DNA of 64,000 nucleotides from Octopus vulgaris (GCA_951406725.2 OX597822.1:78988001-79052000), one strand, 5' to 3'; counted from the stretch's first letter, positions 27,056-41,075 are shown. Notes: generated from the letters alone by a model not told the origin. Program-made: numbers and translations.

Positions 27056-27198
27056 TCTGAGTTCAAATGCCACCGGATTCGACTTTCCATTTCATCCATT
27101 TAAGATTGATAAAATAAATACAAGTTGAGCACTGGGATTGATGCATTCGACTTAGCTCTTGCTTTGAAATTGGTGGTTTTGCATCGAAAATTGAAACT
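27056..27198 (+). mobile_element. 5'-truncated SINE family B with 16-bp target-site duplication
   Basis: aatactgttaggtagt at 27040-27055 and 27199-27214 flanks tctgagttcaaatg...ttgataaaataaatac. Confidence 0.8.
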
Positions 27199-27308
27199 AA
27201 TACTGTTAGGTAGTAAAGAGTGTCATCATTTGAAGTTGAGTCTGCATGAGGGGAAACTTGGAGTTTCTCATTTGCTGTCATTAAGCAACTGGTTCATTTT
27301 TCAGGCTT

Positions 27309-27311
<3 letters not shown>

Positions 27312-27405
<94 letters not shown>
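27312..27405. repeat. Long perfect (CA)n microsatellite
   Basis: Directly visible. Confidence 0.95.
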
Positions 27406-27407
<2 letters not shown>

Positions 27408-29389
27408 CAGATGATTTGAATGTATTTTGCAATTTCCATAATGTCATAACTTTACAATTTGTATTTTGTATTCTGAGTTTTGTATATCATGTTTGTATCT
27501 TCTAGTTAGCCTTTTTTGGGCTACAACAATAACAACAGTCAATTAGTCATTCATATCAAGCACACTCAATCTTATTTGGCCAGTCTCCTCCACATTTCCC
27601 TAACCTCAACAACAACTCTCTCCGAATTCCCTCTATACTTTAAAAATGGAAACAGGTTGGAGGGTGGGGGTTGATTAAAGAATTCATGTTCAAAATGTTA
27701 GCTGTGTGTTGTCTATGATGGAGATGATATCACTATGGTTACAATGTTGATCAAATATGTCTAATTAATTGCATCAGTGCTTTAACTCAACTCAACTATC
27801 ATAACAATGAGCCAGAAGAGAGCCTCTACATCAGAGCTTCTCATTTCTCTTTTTTAACTACTGCCCCTTTTCTTTTAATAACACTTTTACAATGTTCCCT
27901 TGTTGTGGTTCTCTCTCTCCAAATTTAGTCCCGACTATTAGTTTGATACTTCATCACTTGACCTTAGACCAAATTCAGACATGTATTTTTTGTGTTTCAT
28001 ACATACCCTCATAGCTACCAGCTGAAATCTATCTTAACAATCTAATCTATAGTTGTCTATGTTATTGCTATTGTCATTGTTGTTGTGATTGCCATTTATC
28101 ATAATATTACATTTAATTTTCTGCTAAATAAATATTAAAAAAGGAGACAAATATATATTAAAGCATCAATCCCACCCCTACCCCACCACTGGTCTTCAAT
28201 ATCTGTCACAAATTTTACACCAACTACCCCTTAGAGGTGGTAACATCCACTTTGAGAAATAGTGTTCAACATGGTTGCTTGTCCTCCTAGAAAGAAATAA
28301 CAACCAAACTTCTTTTAAAACACCTTGTCATGATAATGTTAAGGACACATTGGAAAATGAAGTCTAAGATATCTTTATAGAAGACAGGATGATCACAACT
28401 AGAATGCCTTTGATATTTTGTCTATTTGATCAGATTGACCTGGGGTTAAACAACAGCAGCAACACAGATTACTACCATATTATAGAGAAATAATGGTGAA
28501 AACAAATGAGATAAAATAAAAAATGATGGGGGGAAAAAAAGGAAATATTACTGAAAGAAAATAATGAATAAATGAATTTAAAAAGAAGTGAAAAAGAACT
28601 GAAGAAAGAATAAAAGAAAACGGATTAAAAAGAGTGGAGAAAGAAAAAATAATTTTATATAAAGGAAGGAAAATAACTAAACGAAAAGTTCCCCAAATCT
28701 TGAATGAAAATAAAGAGTGAAAAAGCACCACATAAAGAGAAAAGAATAATTTGATAAAGGATAAATGAGATGCAAGAATTGTGAGATGCTTATATTCCGA
28801 ATGCTTTAACAATGAGAAGAGAACTTAGATAATCTCAACATGAAATTAAAACCCCAAAACCACATCACAGAATTTGAAATATCTTTAAAGACACGTCTTT
28901 CATTGTACATATATGACCTATCAAAGCAAATACTTGAAGGATTATTTATACAAATGAGAAGTTGAGACATTAATGATTTTCTTCAGAGTATCAGTCATGC
29001 AGTAGTGTAAAATAATGGAAGAGACGACTTTCAAACAAGCCAAGTGTTCTGTGGAATAGTAAAAAAGGGGGAAAATATGTTCTAAAAGAACAAAGTATTG
29101 TTAATCTGGAAATAATGGTTGAACAGGTTTGTGCTGTGTAGATTTAATTTCAATTAAGAAACCAATATTGGATTCCAATATCAAGAAACGATATTGGATT
29201 TGCATTTCTGAAGTTGTCTTCTATTCTTTTATTCTCTCTTTCTCAATTCCTTTACCTCAAAGTGAAGTAGTAACTGGTGTAGTATAGTTACTACCTTCTG
29301 TCATCTCAATATGAACAATCTTCAGTAGAATACTGAATGCTTGTAAAAACCGAATGCTGCACAACTTAAACACTCACTGACTTTTGCAT

Positions 29390-29570
29390 AGTCACTTGAC
29401 CTGCTGGATGGAGTAATCTTTTCAAACCCCCATCCTAATGTTTTAAAAATGAAGACTCTATTGGACAATGCAGTTGAGCATATGTAAAAAAGACATGATG
29501 ACCATGGCTAGAATGCTTTTGATCACAGGTTACTTGATCAGGGTTGATCTGGGCTAAATAACAACACATA
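29390..29570 (+). mobile_element. Old abundant retroposon family D (representative copy)
   Basis: gtcacttgacctgct...atggctagaatgcttttgatcacagg...gatcagggttgatctgggctaaataacaac; many diverged copies, e.g. ~1140, 7250, 7960, 15765, 28270, 31180, 39470, 40000, 42820, 48560, 49810, 51950, 53100 (+) and ~12280, 29920, 52590 (-). Confidence 0.7.
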
Positions 29571-30604
29571 GAAAGGAACACATTGAACTGTATTAAATGT
29601 CTTCTGCCTGGTAAATAAGCTCTTAGCACAGTACACCAACTGGCTTGTCTATGAGCTGTTCTTTCATGAAAAGCAAGTACAAATTCCATTTCACATCAAC
29701 TCAAGGTAACACTATGCTCATCTACCTAATGACTATAAAACTGGAGTAAACCAGTTTCAAATACTCTCAGAAGATCTGAAGGTTTTTAGATTTTATTAAC
29801 ATACTTATTGAGGGGTAAACTGTATTAAAATTTATATTAATCTCACTAGTCTGTGAGGGTCTGTAAAGGCTATGGGCACAGCCCTTTTCTCAAGCCTCGA
29901 ACTCTTCCTCCTCATCATCATTTATTGTCTGTTATCCAGCCTGTTCAGCTTTGATGAAGCAGAATTTATGCTCACATGCAGTCTAACCATTATCAACCTG
30001 TTATTTTTTTCTGTATCTAGGACTACATTGCCAAATATGCTCGTTTTTTTTAAGATAGATGAGATAAAAGGAAATTTAGCTGTTTCTGACAATCTAGGCA
30101 ATTGTAAGGACCCTAGTTACAGATTCCGCTTACCTACAGAGTTACCTAACGATTATATTTTGCTTTTGTATTTGGTTTGCAAGGTACTTGGTATGAACTT
30201 ATGTATTGAAGATATGTCTAGAGAAGGTGTGGGCTAAAACTACGTGCCTTTCCCCTCCATTGGTCTGTTGAAGTTTAGATTGTGTCACATGACGGTTAGC
30301 TGGCTGTGGGAGCCTACTGGCAAGCATTTAGGGGGTAATTTGGCAGGGTGGACATTCACCCGCTGACATTTGTTGACACTGTATTGAAGAAACCAAATAA
30401 CAACCCCCCCACCCAAAAAAAAAAACACTCAACATCAGAGCTGAAGACACCTCTGAGGGGGGTGGGCCCTGGCACATTGAAAATGGTAGAGGAGTAGGGG
30501 CTGAAACTGGATGTGGTTCCCCCCCGATGATATCCTTAACCACTGGATCCTATAGAGGAGCTGTTGAAGTAGTGAACCATAAAATGTGGTTGGAATTCCT
30601 GGGA

Positions 30605-30952
30605 AAGTCATTATGCTAATACTAAACACATACACTCGTTCTAATTTGTGTCTTTTATTATTAGTCAATTAGTTAGCAATTTAGCCAATTAACTAAATGA
30701 TTGTTTGATTAATTATTCAGCCAATCAATCAAGAAGCTGGGTTTGTCAAAATCCTTTGGTTACCATTCATGACCTCATCAATGACATGCTCTCTCTACTC
30801 CAGGTCTGCTTCAAGTTGATAGTCAAACCTAGCTGATTGATCGAGTGATGTAAAGATTAATGAAAGAATCAGTTAATTGATTAACTAACTGGCAAGAATA
30901 ATAAAAGAAGTGAAATAGAACCAGTGGATGTGCTTATTATTGGCATAGTGAC
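30605..30952. mobile_element. MITE-like element with long imperfect inverted arms
   Basis: gtcattatgctaatactaaacaca...aattagttag pairs with ctaactggcaagaataataaaag...tgtgcttattattggcatagtgac; partial second copy at ~62812-63002 shares acctcatcaatgacatg...ctactcca. Confidence 0.65.
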
Positions 30953-32889
30953 CTGCATGAGATACAACAACATATATATTTATTTAAGGTAATACATATA
31001 CAACAAAATAATAGTAATAGCTGTAAATAATGGTTAGCAACAGCTGAGAAGAGCATATTCATTACTAAGATATTAAAGAATGTGTGTGTGTGTGCATAAA
31101 CATATATGCATGAAGTTGTGAGTTGGGCAGCCCATCATCAACAACAGTAGTGCACCACTAACACAAAGATTAGCCGAGAAATAACCATCAAAATCTCGCC
31201 CAAATCACACCCTTTGGTCTTAGAGAAAGAGAGAATACATTGGGTAATGTTGTCATAGATAAAGAATGTCTGGGAAAAGATAAAAATGAAGAATGATTAA
31301 AGCTGGAATGTATTTGATGTTAGAGCTGGCACAATTAAGGTTGACCTGATGCTGGATGTCAGCAGCAACATCGCACCACTACCGACATCATGATTAACAC
31401 CACATTTAACACCCACTCACACACTAACTAAATCTTACATACCGCCATACCATACACAACTCTAAACATAGACAAAAGCCTGATTGGTTGAGTGACAAAT
31501 CTTTGGTGTGTTTGTCAATCATATATTGCTTTGAGGGTGAGGAAGGGGGTAGTGCTGTTAATTTTTATGAAAAACGAAGGCAGTAGGTACACTGTGGCAG
31601 AGGTTTCAATGATTGTGGTTCTGTCATCAACTGTCTTCCTTCTCTTCTACACAACTCCTATAACCCATGTCCACCCCACCTGCCCCATCCATTTTTCAAA
31701 TGCCAACAGCAAGAGACATGATCATTTGAGAAAACACATGAAAATTAAAATAACATAAATTTAATTTTTTTTTAGAGAAATTAATAATTAATTTAAACAA
31801 GACTGTCCCCATCATACTTCTCCCTAACCCTTCCACATTCCAAGGCAATAAATACATCAATCATCTATTGGGGCAGCCAGCTAGAATCTCTATTCTTGCT
31901 ACAGGCACACACATGTATGCACACTGATAGGTGGGTGGGTGGGGGGAGAAACAAAGAGGACAAAGGAAAACAAGACAGTGAATGACAAGGATGACAAGGA
32001 TGTGATATTAACAGTGCAAGTGCATATGAGACTCACACAGAAATATGTGTGTGTGTGTGTGAGTGAAAAGGAGAGGAATGAAGCAACAGAGAGAAAAACA
32101 AAGAGAAATAAAAAGAGAAAGGGAGAGAAAGAAGAGAGAGAGAGCAACTGAGTTGTATTTGTTTTTTCAATTGTTGCTGCTGTCACTGATAGGTTATAAT
32201 ATTTACATTAAACCCCCAAAGGGACTACTTCAAGGAATTAGAAAGGGTTGACAAGAAAACAAAATAGAACTCCTCCTCCACAAGTATAAACACACCAGTC
32301 TCAAAACATCCATCTGTAGTTTGGTTTCCAATGGCAACAATTGAAATCATTTTCTTGTTTCCAATGACAACAGCAATGGTTGAAACTGTGTCCAGTTTCC
32401 AATAATGGTATTTGGAATGTTTCTACTGTCTCCAATACTGCTGGCCTTCAGCCAATGTAAGAAATCATCATTAGTGTTGTGCTTATAGAAAATTTTATGA
32501 AAAAAACAGGTGACAGTGGGAAATACCATTTCAGGTTCAGTCCCACTGCATGCCATCTTAAGCAAGTGTCTTCCATTACAGACTCAAGCTTGGGAGAGGA
32601 ACTGGTAGATGAAAACAGTGAGGAAGCTTGTTGCATGTCTGCATATCTATGTATGTATGTATGTATGTATTTATTTGCTTATTTGTGTGTGTGTATGTAT
32701 GTATTTATTTGTGCGTATCCATATGCATGTGTGTGTGTGTTAAAGATTGTTGGTTCAACTTGCCTCATAAGTACCTATTTCTTTACTACCCACAAGGTGT
32801 TAAATACAGGACAAACAGGGACAGACAAACTGATTAAGTCGATTATATCGACCCCAGTGCGCAACTGGTACTTATTTAATTGACCCCGA

Positions 32890-33770
32890 CTGGTCTGAAC
32901 ATGTGAAGGCCAGTAGAAGGAAAATAACTTAATTGAAAAACACAAATTGGTATTCTAAAAGAATACAAGGTGATAACAAGAGCAGAACTTAGGGTGCTTG
33001 GCATCTAGTTCAATCTAGACCTACAAGTGGATAGCAATTGGGAGAATGTTATGAACAGAGTGGCCAGTTTCACCCAAAGATGAGCCAAGTGGAGGCTATT
33101 CTCAAAAGGTCAGGCAGAGGTGGTGATCATGTACATTATTTCCATCATATATTATTACCTGACTATCTTGCCTTTGTCAAACTATGATAATTTAGAATAT
33201 CTCTTATTTTGTTTCTTGATCTAAAATATTGCTAGGCACTTACAACCCTCTATAAGTTAGACAAGGTGGCTGGTAGAACTTCCACATTAGCTTTTTACAA
33301 AGGACTTAGAGTAAGGAAGAATAGTGACATTGTTGGGGAAATTCTGTGTACTATCAAGAGCTAATTAGTTGGTCTGGGGAAATTCAATGCAAGGACTATG
33401 GATAACTTCTGAAAATCTTTGATATGACAGTGCTATTAAGAGGCATAGCCAGTTAGAAAAGAAAAAAAGCTTACAAGCATGGAATTGCCATAGGCCAGAA
33501 CTGTTTGAGATGTCTAACCCCCCCCCCACACACACACATGTTTAGTGCCTGAAGATTACTGGTTTGTGAGGTTATATTGACAAGCAGTTGTTGCAAGTAG
33601 AACAGATCCAGCTATCAGCCATATCCATCATGAAGATTACTCCACAGACTTATTTTGGTTGGAAAGCAGTTTTCCCATTGATAAGTTGAAAGAGATTGAA
33701 TGGTGAACACCGTTACTGAAAGGATTTAAACAGACACATCCTTTTTAGCCAGGTCCTTGTCAACTTTTTC
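32890..33770 (+). pseudogene. Highly decayed L1/Tx1-clade LINE fragment (post-RT region)
   Basis: DLQVDSNWENVMNRVASFTQR*AKWRLFSKGQAEVVIMYIISIIYYYLTILP matches the W...LS.KGR..V.N.Y..S...Y pattern of Tx1-like ORF2; later PVR..LYKHGI and Cys remnants. Confidence 0.7.
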
Positions 33771-34427
33771 AATTTCCATTTGGAGAGGAAGTGAGTGGTG
33801 GAGATAGACAGAGATAGATCGATTGATAAAGAGAGAGAGAGAAGAGTGCTATCTGTAATAAATTTGTTGAGAGGCAGATAGATGGGTGGTGAATATGGAT
33901 TGTGTGAATGAGTTTAATTCCAGTATGCACTGGTAGGCTGGGAAATACAGCTGAGAGAAAGGACATACCATTGGTATTCAGGACAGTCTTAGATCAGTGT
34001 GCTCTCTAATTAACTCTTGATGGTACTCCTTCTCCTGGGAGTACATCATATATGTGTATAAGCAGCAGTGTGTACTCTCACTTCATTTCATTTGATTTTT
34101 ATGTAAATCCTTCTTGCTCTTCTAATGTCACTTCATCTGTTGCTCTTGTGACAGCAGAAAAGGATGCAGAATTGATAAAGTATTGCACAAAACACCTTGT
34201 GGTATCTATATCTAGTTAAGACCTTCTACCTTCTGAGTTTAGAGCTTGTCTTTGCTCTCAATCTTACAAGGGTTGATAAAATCTAATACCAGCCAAGTAA
34301 TGGGAATCAATTTAACTCTGCTCCTCTCACTGCAAATTTCTGGCCTTGTGCCAGAAATAATGACAATGATGATGGTGATTACTACTACTACTATTACTAC
34401 TACTACTACTGTTGCTGCTGCTACTGT

Positions 34428-34459
<32 letters not shown>

Positions 34460-35170
34460 ATCCTGTTCAAATGTTTATGGCCTTGTGCCAATGTTAAAAA
34501 TCATTATTAAGTTTTATTCATAGTTATTCTACAACAAAAGTCGTGAGACATTAACTGTTGGTTCAACTTTGGCATTTCAAGTTTTTAGTTAGCATTCTGA
34601 TGATTCCAACACCCATTGCTCCATTTCTACATTTTCTCCAGAGGCTATTTTATCTGTTTTGTTCTCTGCACCTATCATTTATTCGTTTTTCAGTCTATCC
34701 ATCACTTTCTGTTTACCTTTTTTTCTGACTATACTAATTTATATCTACCTATATATCAATCTAATGGTTTATATCTGTCCGTCTATCACAATCTACCTGA
34801 CTACACATGCACCCAGTGTTGATCTATTGATTTACCAATCAATACATATAACTATTACTGTTCATCTAACAATATAAGGGTGTGAGGCATAATGGTTAGA
34901 GTGCTGTGCTCATGACTGCAAGGTTGTGGTTTCAATTTCTGGACAGAGCAGTTTGTTCTTGAGCACAACATTTATTCTCACATTTGACATGGGAAATGTG
35001 ACACACCGTGCCGCTGTACAGATAATGTTAATTTGATGGAGTGAGAGGGATAATGTACTGCACAAATATTTGATCACTATTTGATCTGTGCAGGTTGTTC
35101 AACCAAAAATTGTAGAACCTGCATCTGCCATGTACAACAGGGGTGTCCATGATATATATATATATATATA

Positions 35171-35317
35171 AGAAAAAAGAAAATGGAGATTGGGAAACTA
35201 ATAGTTGTTTATTATTAACAATAAATTAATCATCATCCCTTACTACTGTAAAGGATAAAGATTAATTTGTTGTTAATAATAAATAATTAACTTCCCAATC
35301 TCCATTTTCTTTTTCTT
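35171..35317. repeat. Imperfect ~147-bp palindrome
   Basis: aaaagaaaatggagattgggaa / ttcccaatctccattttctttt and ttattattaacaataaattaatc / gattaatttgttgttaataataa. Confidence 0.9.
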
Positions 35318-35556
35318 CTTTTATATGAATATGTTTTTATATATACACCTATTATTTTAAGAAAAATAATTGCCCCCAAAATACTAAGAATTGAACCAGT
35401 ATTTCCTTGAATTAAACCATCCCTTCATGAGGTTAACAAAACCTCTAATCGAATTATATATATAATCTTTTAATTTGTATTACTTTTCCAATTGTAATAC
35501 AAATAAAACAAACCAAGCATCTTTTTAATTTTTCTCTTCCATTTTCTTTTACTGAC

Positions 35557-35593
<37 letters not shown>

Positions 35594-35872
35594 AAATAGA
35601 ATTCAGGGATCTGATTGCAGGAGTTTGTAAGCTCCGAGCAATAGGTGGCTAGTACAGAGAAAAAAATGTTACATAATACTTATGTAATGAGCTTCAACTA
35701 GTTAAGAAACTTATGTAGCTGACATACTACTTGTTCCACTCCATTATATTTTGGATTACACACACACATATATACATATATATATATATATACTGTTTTT
35801 CCCGTCAAGTTAAAATAAAAACAATTTTACATTAAACCTAAGGATTACTCAATACTTTTTTGTAGAGTACAC

Positions 35873-36021
35873 ATTTATCATTCCTTAACAAGACAAGTAT
35901 TGACAGTGACTTCGAAGTTTTGGCTCGCTTAATCTTCTTCATCAGACTGATTTATGAAGGCTAGGCAAGCTGAAACTTCAGAGTCACTGTCAATACAAGT
36001 CTTGTTAAAGAATTTGATATA
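35873..36021. repeat. Imperfect palindrome with back-to-back hammerhead-like cores (Penelope-like LTR relic?)
   Basis: ttaacaagac..tattgacagtgact..gaagttt / aaacttc..agtcactgtcaata..gtcttgttaa; CTGATGA on minus strand at 35945-35939; palindrome is seen, ribozyme origin is inference. Confidence 0.6.
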
Positions 36022-37069
36022 TGAATCTTGCTTTGTATTCATGTCTATCTGTACACATATCTATTCATCTTTCATTCTTGCCACTTTTTTTCTCTGCCTA
36101 TATCCCCACCATCTCTGCCTACCTGTCTGTCTATCTATCTATGCTTCTTTTGTTTCTCTATAGTCATCAATTTGTATCTTTCTCTCCATCTATTCATGTG
36201 AGTATACCTATATGGGTATGTCTGTGCTTGTGTGTAAGCATGTTCATCTTTTTTTTTATGTATGTGAATGCATACATATCTTAAGCTTTTTTCCACATTC
36301 ATTCCCATTCATACTTTCTGTGCTCATATATATATCTATATTAGTTTACATTTATGCACATGCATATATGCATATACACATGTATACATACATGTATGCA
36401 CCATCATCAACAATAAACAATTTATGCAGACATAGTCAAAAAAGTAATTAAAGGTAAATTAATTGATCATTTGACGGTTTGTAGTTGTTCAATCAAATGA
36501 ACTGCCTAATTGTCTGTCTTTACTTCTGGCATTTCCATGCTAGCATGAGTTAGATGAATACATTGCAAAGGCATTGTTTTACAACCAGATGCCCTTCCTG
36601 TCACTAACCCTGTTTTTCAAGCAAAGAATTCTTTATTCTACAAGTCTTAAAAGATGGGAAGCCAGCACACAATTTGCTGACAAAAGAAATGACAACGATG
36701 TCACCACTTGTAGCTTAGTGCTTTTCTATTATCATTAATTTATATTTTAAGTCAGTAGTATTTTAAGGGTTCATGGAAAAATTTTGCTTTTGGGATTGCA
36801 ACAAACAGCTAGGTTTCTTTCTCAAGGGTTTTGGGTTTTATATGGTTTAGAATGTTTTTGGCCGCTGAAACATGTCTTCAAGAGAGTTTTGCAAACTTAC
36901 TCAAGTGAATGTGTGTATAACAAAACAAGAACTTTGGAAGATTACATTTATGTATTTGCTTTGCAAGATTTTCGATGTGAAATGATGTGGTGAAACAGAT
37001 ATTGCTATACTTTGGGATGGTCATATTTTGCCAATTAAACACACACACTGTTTGATCTTTACTTCAGCC

Positions 37070-37110
<41 letters not shown>

Positions 37111-38524
37111 TTGAGGAAACATGTGGATTAAAGGAGTCACTGAAGAGGTCACAGAATATGTAATGAAAGAACTTTGATGAAGGAACAAAATTAATAATAA
37201 GGTCTGAAATTTTTGGGAGGGGACTAGTCGATTATATTGGCCCCAGTGTTTCACTGTTACTTAATTTATCGAATCCATAAAGGATAAAAGGCAAAGTCAA
37301 CCTCGATGGAATTTGAACTCAGAACATAGTGACAGGTGAAATACTGCTAAGCATTTCGTCCAGCATGCTAATGATTCTGCCTGCTCACCACCAATAATAA
37401 TAACAATAATAATAATAAAGCTGAAATAAAGACCAAACATATAGTGTGTTTGATTGGCTACATATGATCTTCCTCAAGTATAACAGTAATTTCAAAAGAA
37501 ATATCTATAAAACTAGATTTTAAACATCGCAAAGCTGTGAAGGTCCACAAGAGTAAAATAGTAATCTTATAAGTCCATTGGTAAAAGATGGTTGAGATCC
37601 ACTGGTTAAGTGGTTGAGAATTCCACAGACACATGTATGCTAAATGTAATCCTTGAACAGAATCAACATGACAGTGTGTGACAAAACTGATCTTTTAAAT
37701 TACTGCTATAATTCATCTGACAGATTTCCCCCCAGTTTCCATCTATCTAATGTCACTGACAAGGTTTGAGTCAGCCTGAGGTTAAAGGAATAAAAAAAAA
37801 AATGTCCCACAGCGGAGACAAAGCCATGATGTTGCGATTGCAAAGTGAACCTCCCAACCACTTAGCCGTACCCACTACTTTTATACATACATACATACAT
37901 GCTCATTCACAACATTCATCCTATCATTTCCAGTCACTCTTTTATTTACCACCCCCACCACCACCATTATTATTATCACACACTTTTCAATTCCTGCTAT
38001 ACATCTTTTTACTACCAGTCTCTCACTTCTCCCTCTTCAAATATTAGAAAGAACATGACTATTACTTGAGGGCCTGACCCCTGCCAAGGTGTTCATTAAA
38101 ACTGGCATAAGTTATTTCACTGTGTGTTTGGCTGCTAAATTATTACTGGCACCGCCAAAGGCTGTGTTTGTTTGCATGCATCTTTATAATCACACGTGTA
38201 TATAAATGAGTGTGTAAGCACATAAGCACATGCACAAAAATGTGTGGGTGTATGAGAGTGCATCTGTCTATACTTACACACAAATATAAATATATGTATG
38301 TTTAACTGATGCCAGAAAAGGAAAGTAGACGTGATGATGATGATAACAATAATGCTGCTGCTGGTGAGGATGAAAGGAAAAAATATAATACATAATGCTT
38401 TATGAAAAGTCGTGGGTTACGAAGGAAATTTTTTGCAGACAAAGTTATCTAAAAACTCTTATTTTGTGTGTGTGTGTTTCTATACCATCGTCATTCATGA
38501 TGGAATCCTTGGGAATATTATAAG

Positions 38525-38756
38525 CACAGTGTAGCTGTGTGGTAAGAAGTTTGCTTCCTAACCACATAGTTCCAGGCATTTTGGCCAAGTGTCTCCTACT
38601 ATAGCTGCAGATGACCAAAGCCTTGTGAGTAGATCTGGTAGAATGGAAACTGAAAGAAGCACAGTGGCATCATTTGAAAGCTAAACAATGTGAAGAAGTG
38701 CATTGTGACTAGCATTGTGTAACAAAATCCAACAGTCTGGTTGATACATATATAAA

Positions 38757-38806
<50 letters not shown>

Positions 38807-38950
38807 TGAGAGAGAGAGAGAGAGTCTTTGGGATTGACCCTCTGCTATTGCATGACAATTGGTGTTAGTTGGTTTACATCTACATACCCAACAGTTTGGC
38901 AAAAGATAATGACAGAATAAGAACCAGCCTAATAAATAAGTACTGGGGTT
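38525..38950 (+). mobile_element. SINE family A copy with internal insertion and (GT)(GA) tract
   Basis: gtagctgtgtggtaagaagtttgcttcctaaccac head, ggaaactgaaagaagc, later cagtttggcaaaaga...gaataag. Confidence 0.65.
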
Positions 38951-39787
38951 GGAAATATATCTCTACAAAATTTTATTAAAAATATGCTTTGTTAAGAAAG
39001 TTATGAAGAATCAAATGGTGGTGGTGGTGGTAGAAACACCAACCTGTAGTTAAGTTTTCTTTATAGTCTGGTTCTTCTGAAAACACCTTTCCTCCACTCA
39101 CTATCTGTATACCATTGCATTATGGGGTTTCTTTTTTTTACTTCAAATTTTTTTCTCTTTCTGTTCACCTTCTTTCTATCTTGACAAAGAAAAACTGTCT
39201 GAAACATTGATTTATTTTCCTTTCTATTCCACCACACTGTAATTACATTGATTTTCTACACTTGTTCATTGCTTTCTTTTTCCCCACTACAGTTTTGCTC
39301 CTGTCTTAACTTGATATAAATCAGGGAAGCTGTGATTAGTTGTCAAATAGTGAATGGACATCACATACCTAAATGTACACTGTGCAAGGGTGCATGGCAA
39401 TATTCCAGTAATGCCTGCCAACACCAACACCACAACCACCATCATCAAAACCTAAAAGGCCCAACAAAGGAACCTCTACATAGTTGCATATGATGCTAGG
39501 AATAGCAACCAAGTCTCACTCAAGCTGCATCTTACAATTTTAAAAAGCGGAAGGACTTACAGGATAATGTGGTCTCTGATTATTCTATTCTTTCATGGTT
39601 TAGTCAGAAGATGAAGAGCAGTACCCATAACCATTTTCAGGATGTACATGGCTAGGATATTTGTTTTTGATCACAGGACTGCTTGACCTCACACCTCCCA
39701 CTTCCTACATCATATTTCCTTGTTTTTACTTGATTCAAAGATGGCCTTGTTCTTTCATATAGCCTCATATGCACGCACACACGTGCA

Positions 39788-39849
<62 letters not shown>

Positions 39850-40719
39850 CTCTTTCATTCTTCATCTCTTTTCTTTTTCATTTTATTTCCCCTTTCTCTC
39901 TCCTTCTCATTTTCTTTTCTTCTTACCTTCACTCTTTATCCATCAGGTGCAGGTCAGAAACACAGTATTTGGAACAACCACATTATACTGGGACTGCTAT
40001 TTATAACAGCAGCTAAATCTCCCTCAAAAGACACCCAACTCTGCTATTTTAAATATGCACACATTGAACAATGAAGTCCCCGACATACTGCTAGAGAGAT
40101 GGAATAGTCCTGGCTGGAATATATTTGATCATGTCTGTTCAAGGTTAACCGGAGGGTGGATAGATTGTAGAATTGATAGAACATTGGTCAAAATACTTGT
40201 GGTATTTGGATACATCCTTTTACATTCCAAGTTTAAATCCTGCTCAAGTACATTTTACTTCTCTTCCTTCTGAATTTAATGAATTAAGTACCAGTTGCTA
40301 AAATATGTACTGGGGTTAATATAATAACCTTCTAGAAGGTGGTGCCTCAACATGGTTGCAGTCCAGTGACTGAAACCAGTGAATAAAAGAACAGATAATC
40401 CATAAGCATACATATATGTTATCACCATCATCACCATCATTTAATGCTTACTTTTCCATGCTTTCATGGGTTGGACAGAATCTATTGAAGCAGATTTTCT
40501 ATGGCTGGATGCTCTTCCTGTTGCTAACCCTTACTCATTTCCAAGTAAGGTAATATTTCCCCATGGCCAAACACACTTTTAACAGAAGGCTGGAAAAGAA
40601 CAACATGATGGCAATGACTACTAAATCTGCTTACAAGGCTCTGGTCAGCCTAGGGCTATAGTACCACATGTTTCTTTACAACACAGCTAGGCACACATAT
40701 ATGTTGCATGCATACATAT

Positions 40720-41075
40720 TCTTTTACTTGTTTCAGTCATTTGACTGCAGCCATGCAAATCGGCCTCAGGACTTATTCTTTGTAAGCTTAGTACTTATTT
40801 TATTGGTCTCTTTTGCTGAACTGCTAAGTTACGGGACATAAACACACCAGCATTGGCTGTCATGCAATGTGGGGTGGGGGTGGGGGTGGGGGGCAAACAC
40901 TCACACACATATGTGACGGGCTTCTTTCAGTTTCCGCCTACTAAATCCACTCACAAGGCTTTGATTGGCCTGAGGCTATAGTAGAAAACACTTGCCCAAG
41001 GTGCCATGCAGTGGGACTGAACCCAAAACCATGTGGCTGGTAAGCAAGCTACTTACTATACAGCCACTCCTGTGC
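40720..41075 (-). mobile_element. SINE family A copy
   Basis: Reverse complement of the family A consensus from ttttacttgtttcagtc to cagccactcc. Confidence 0.8.
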
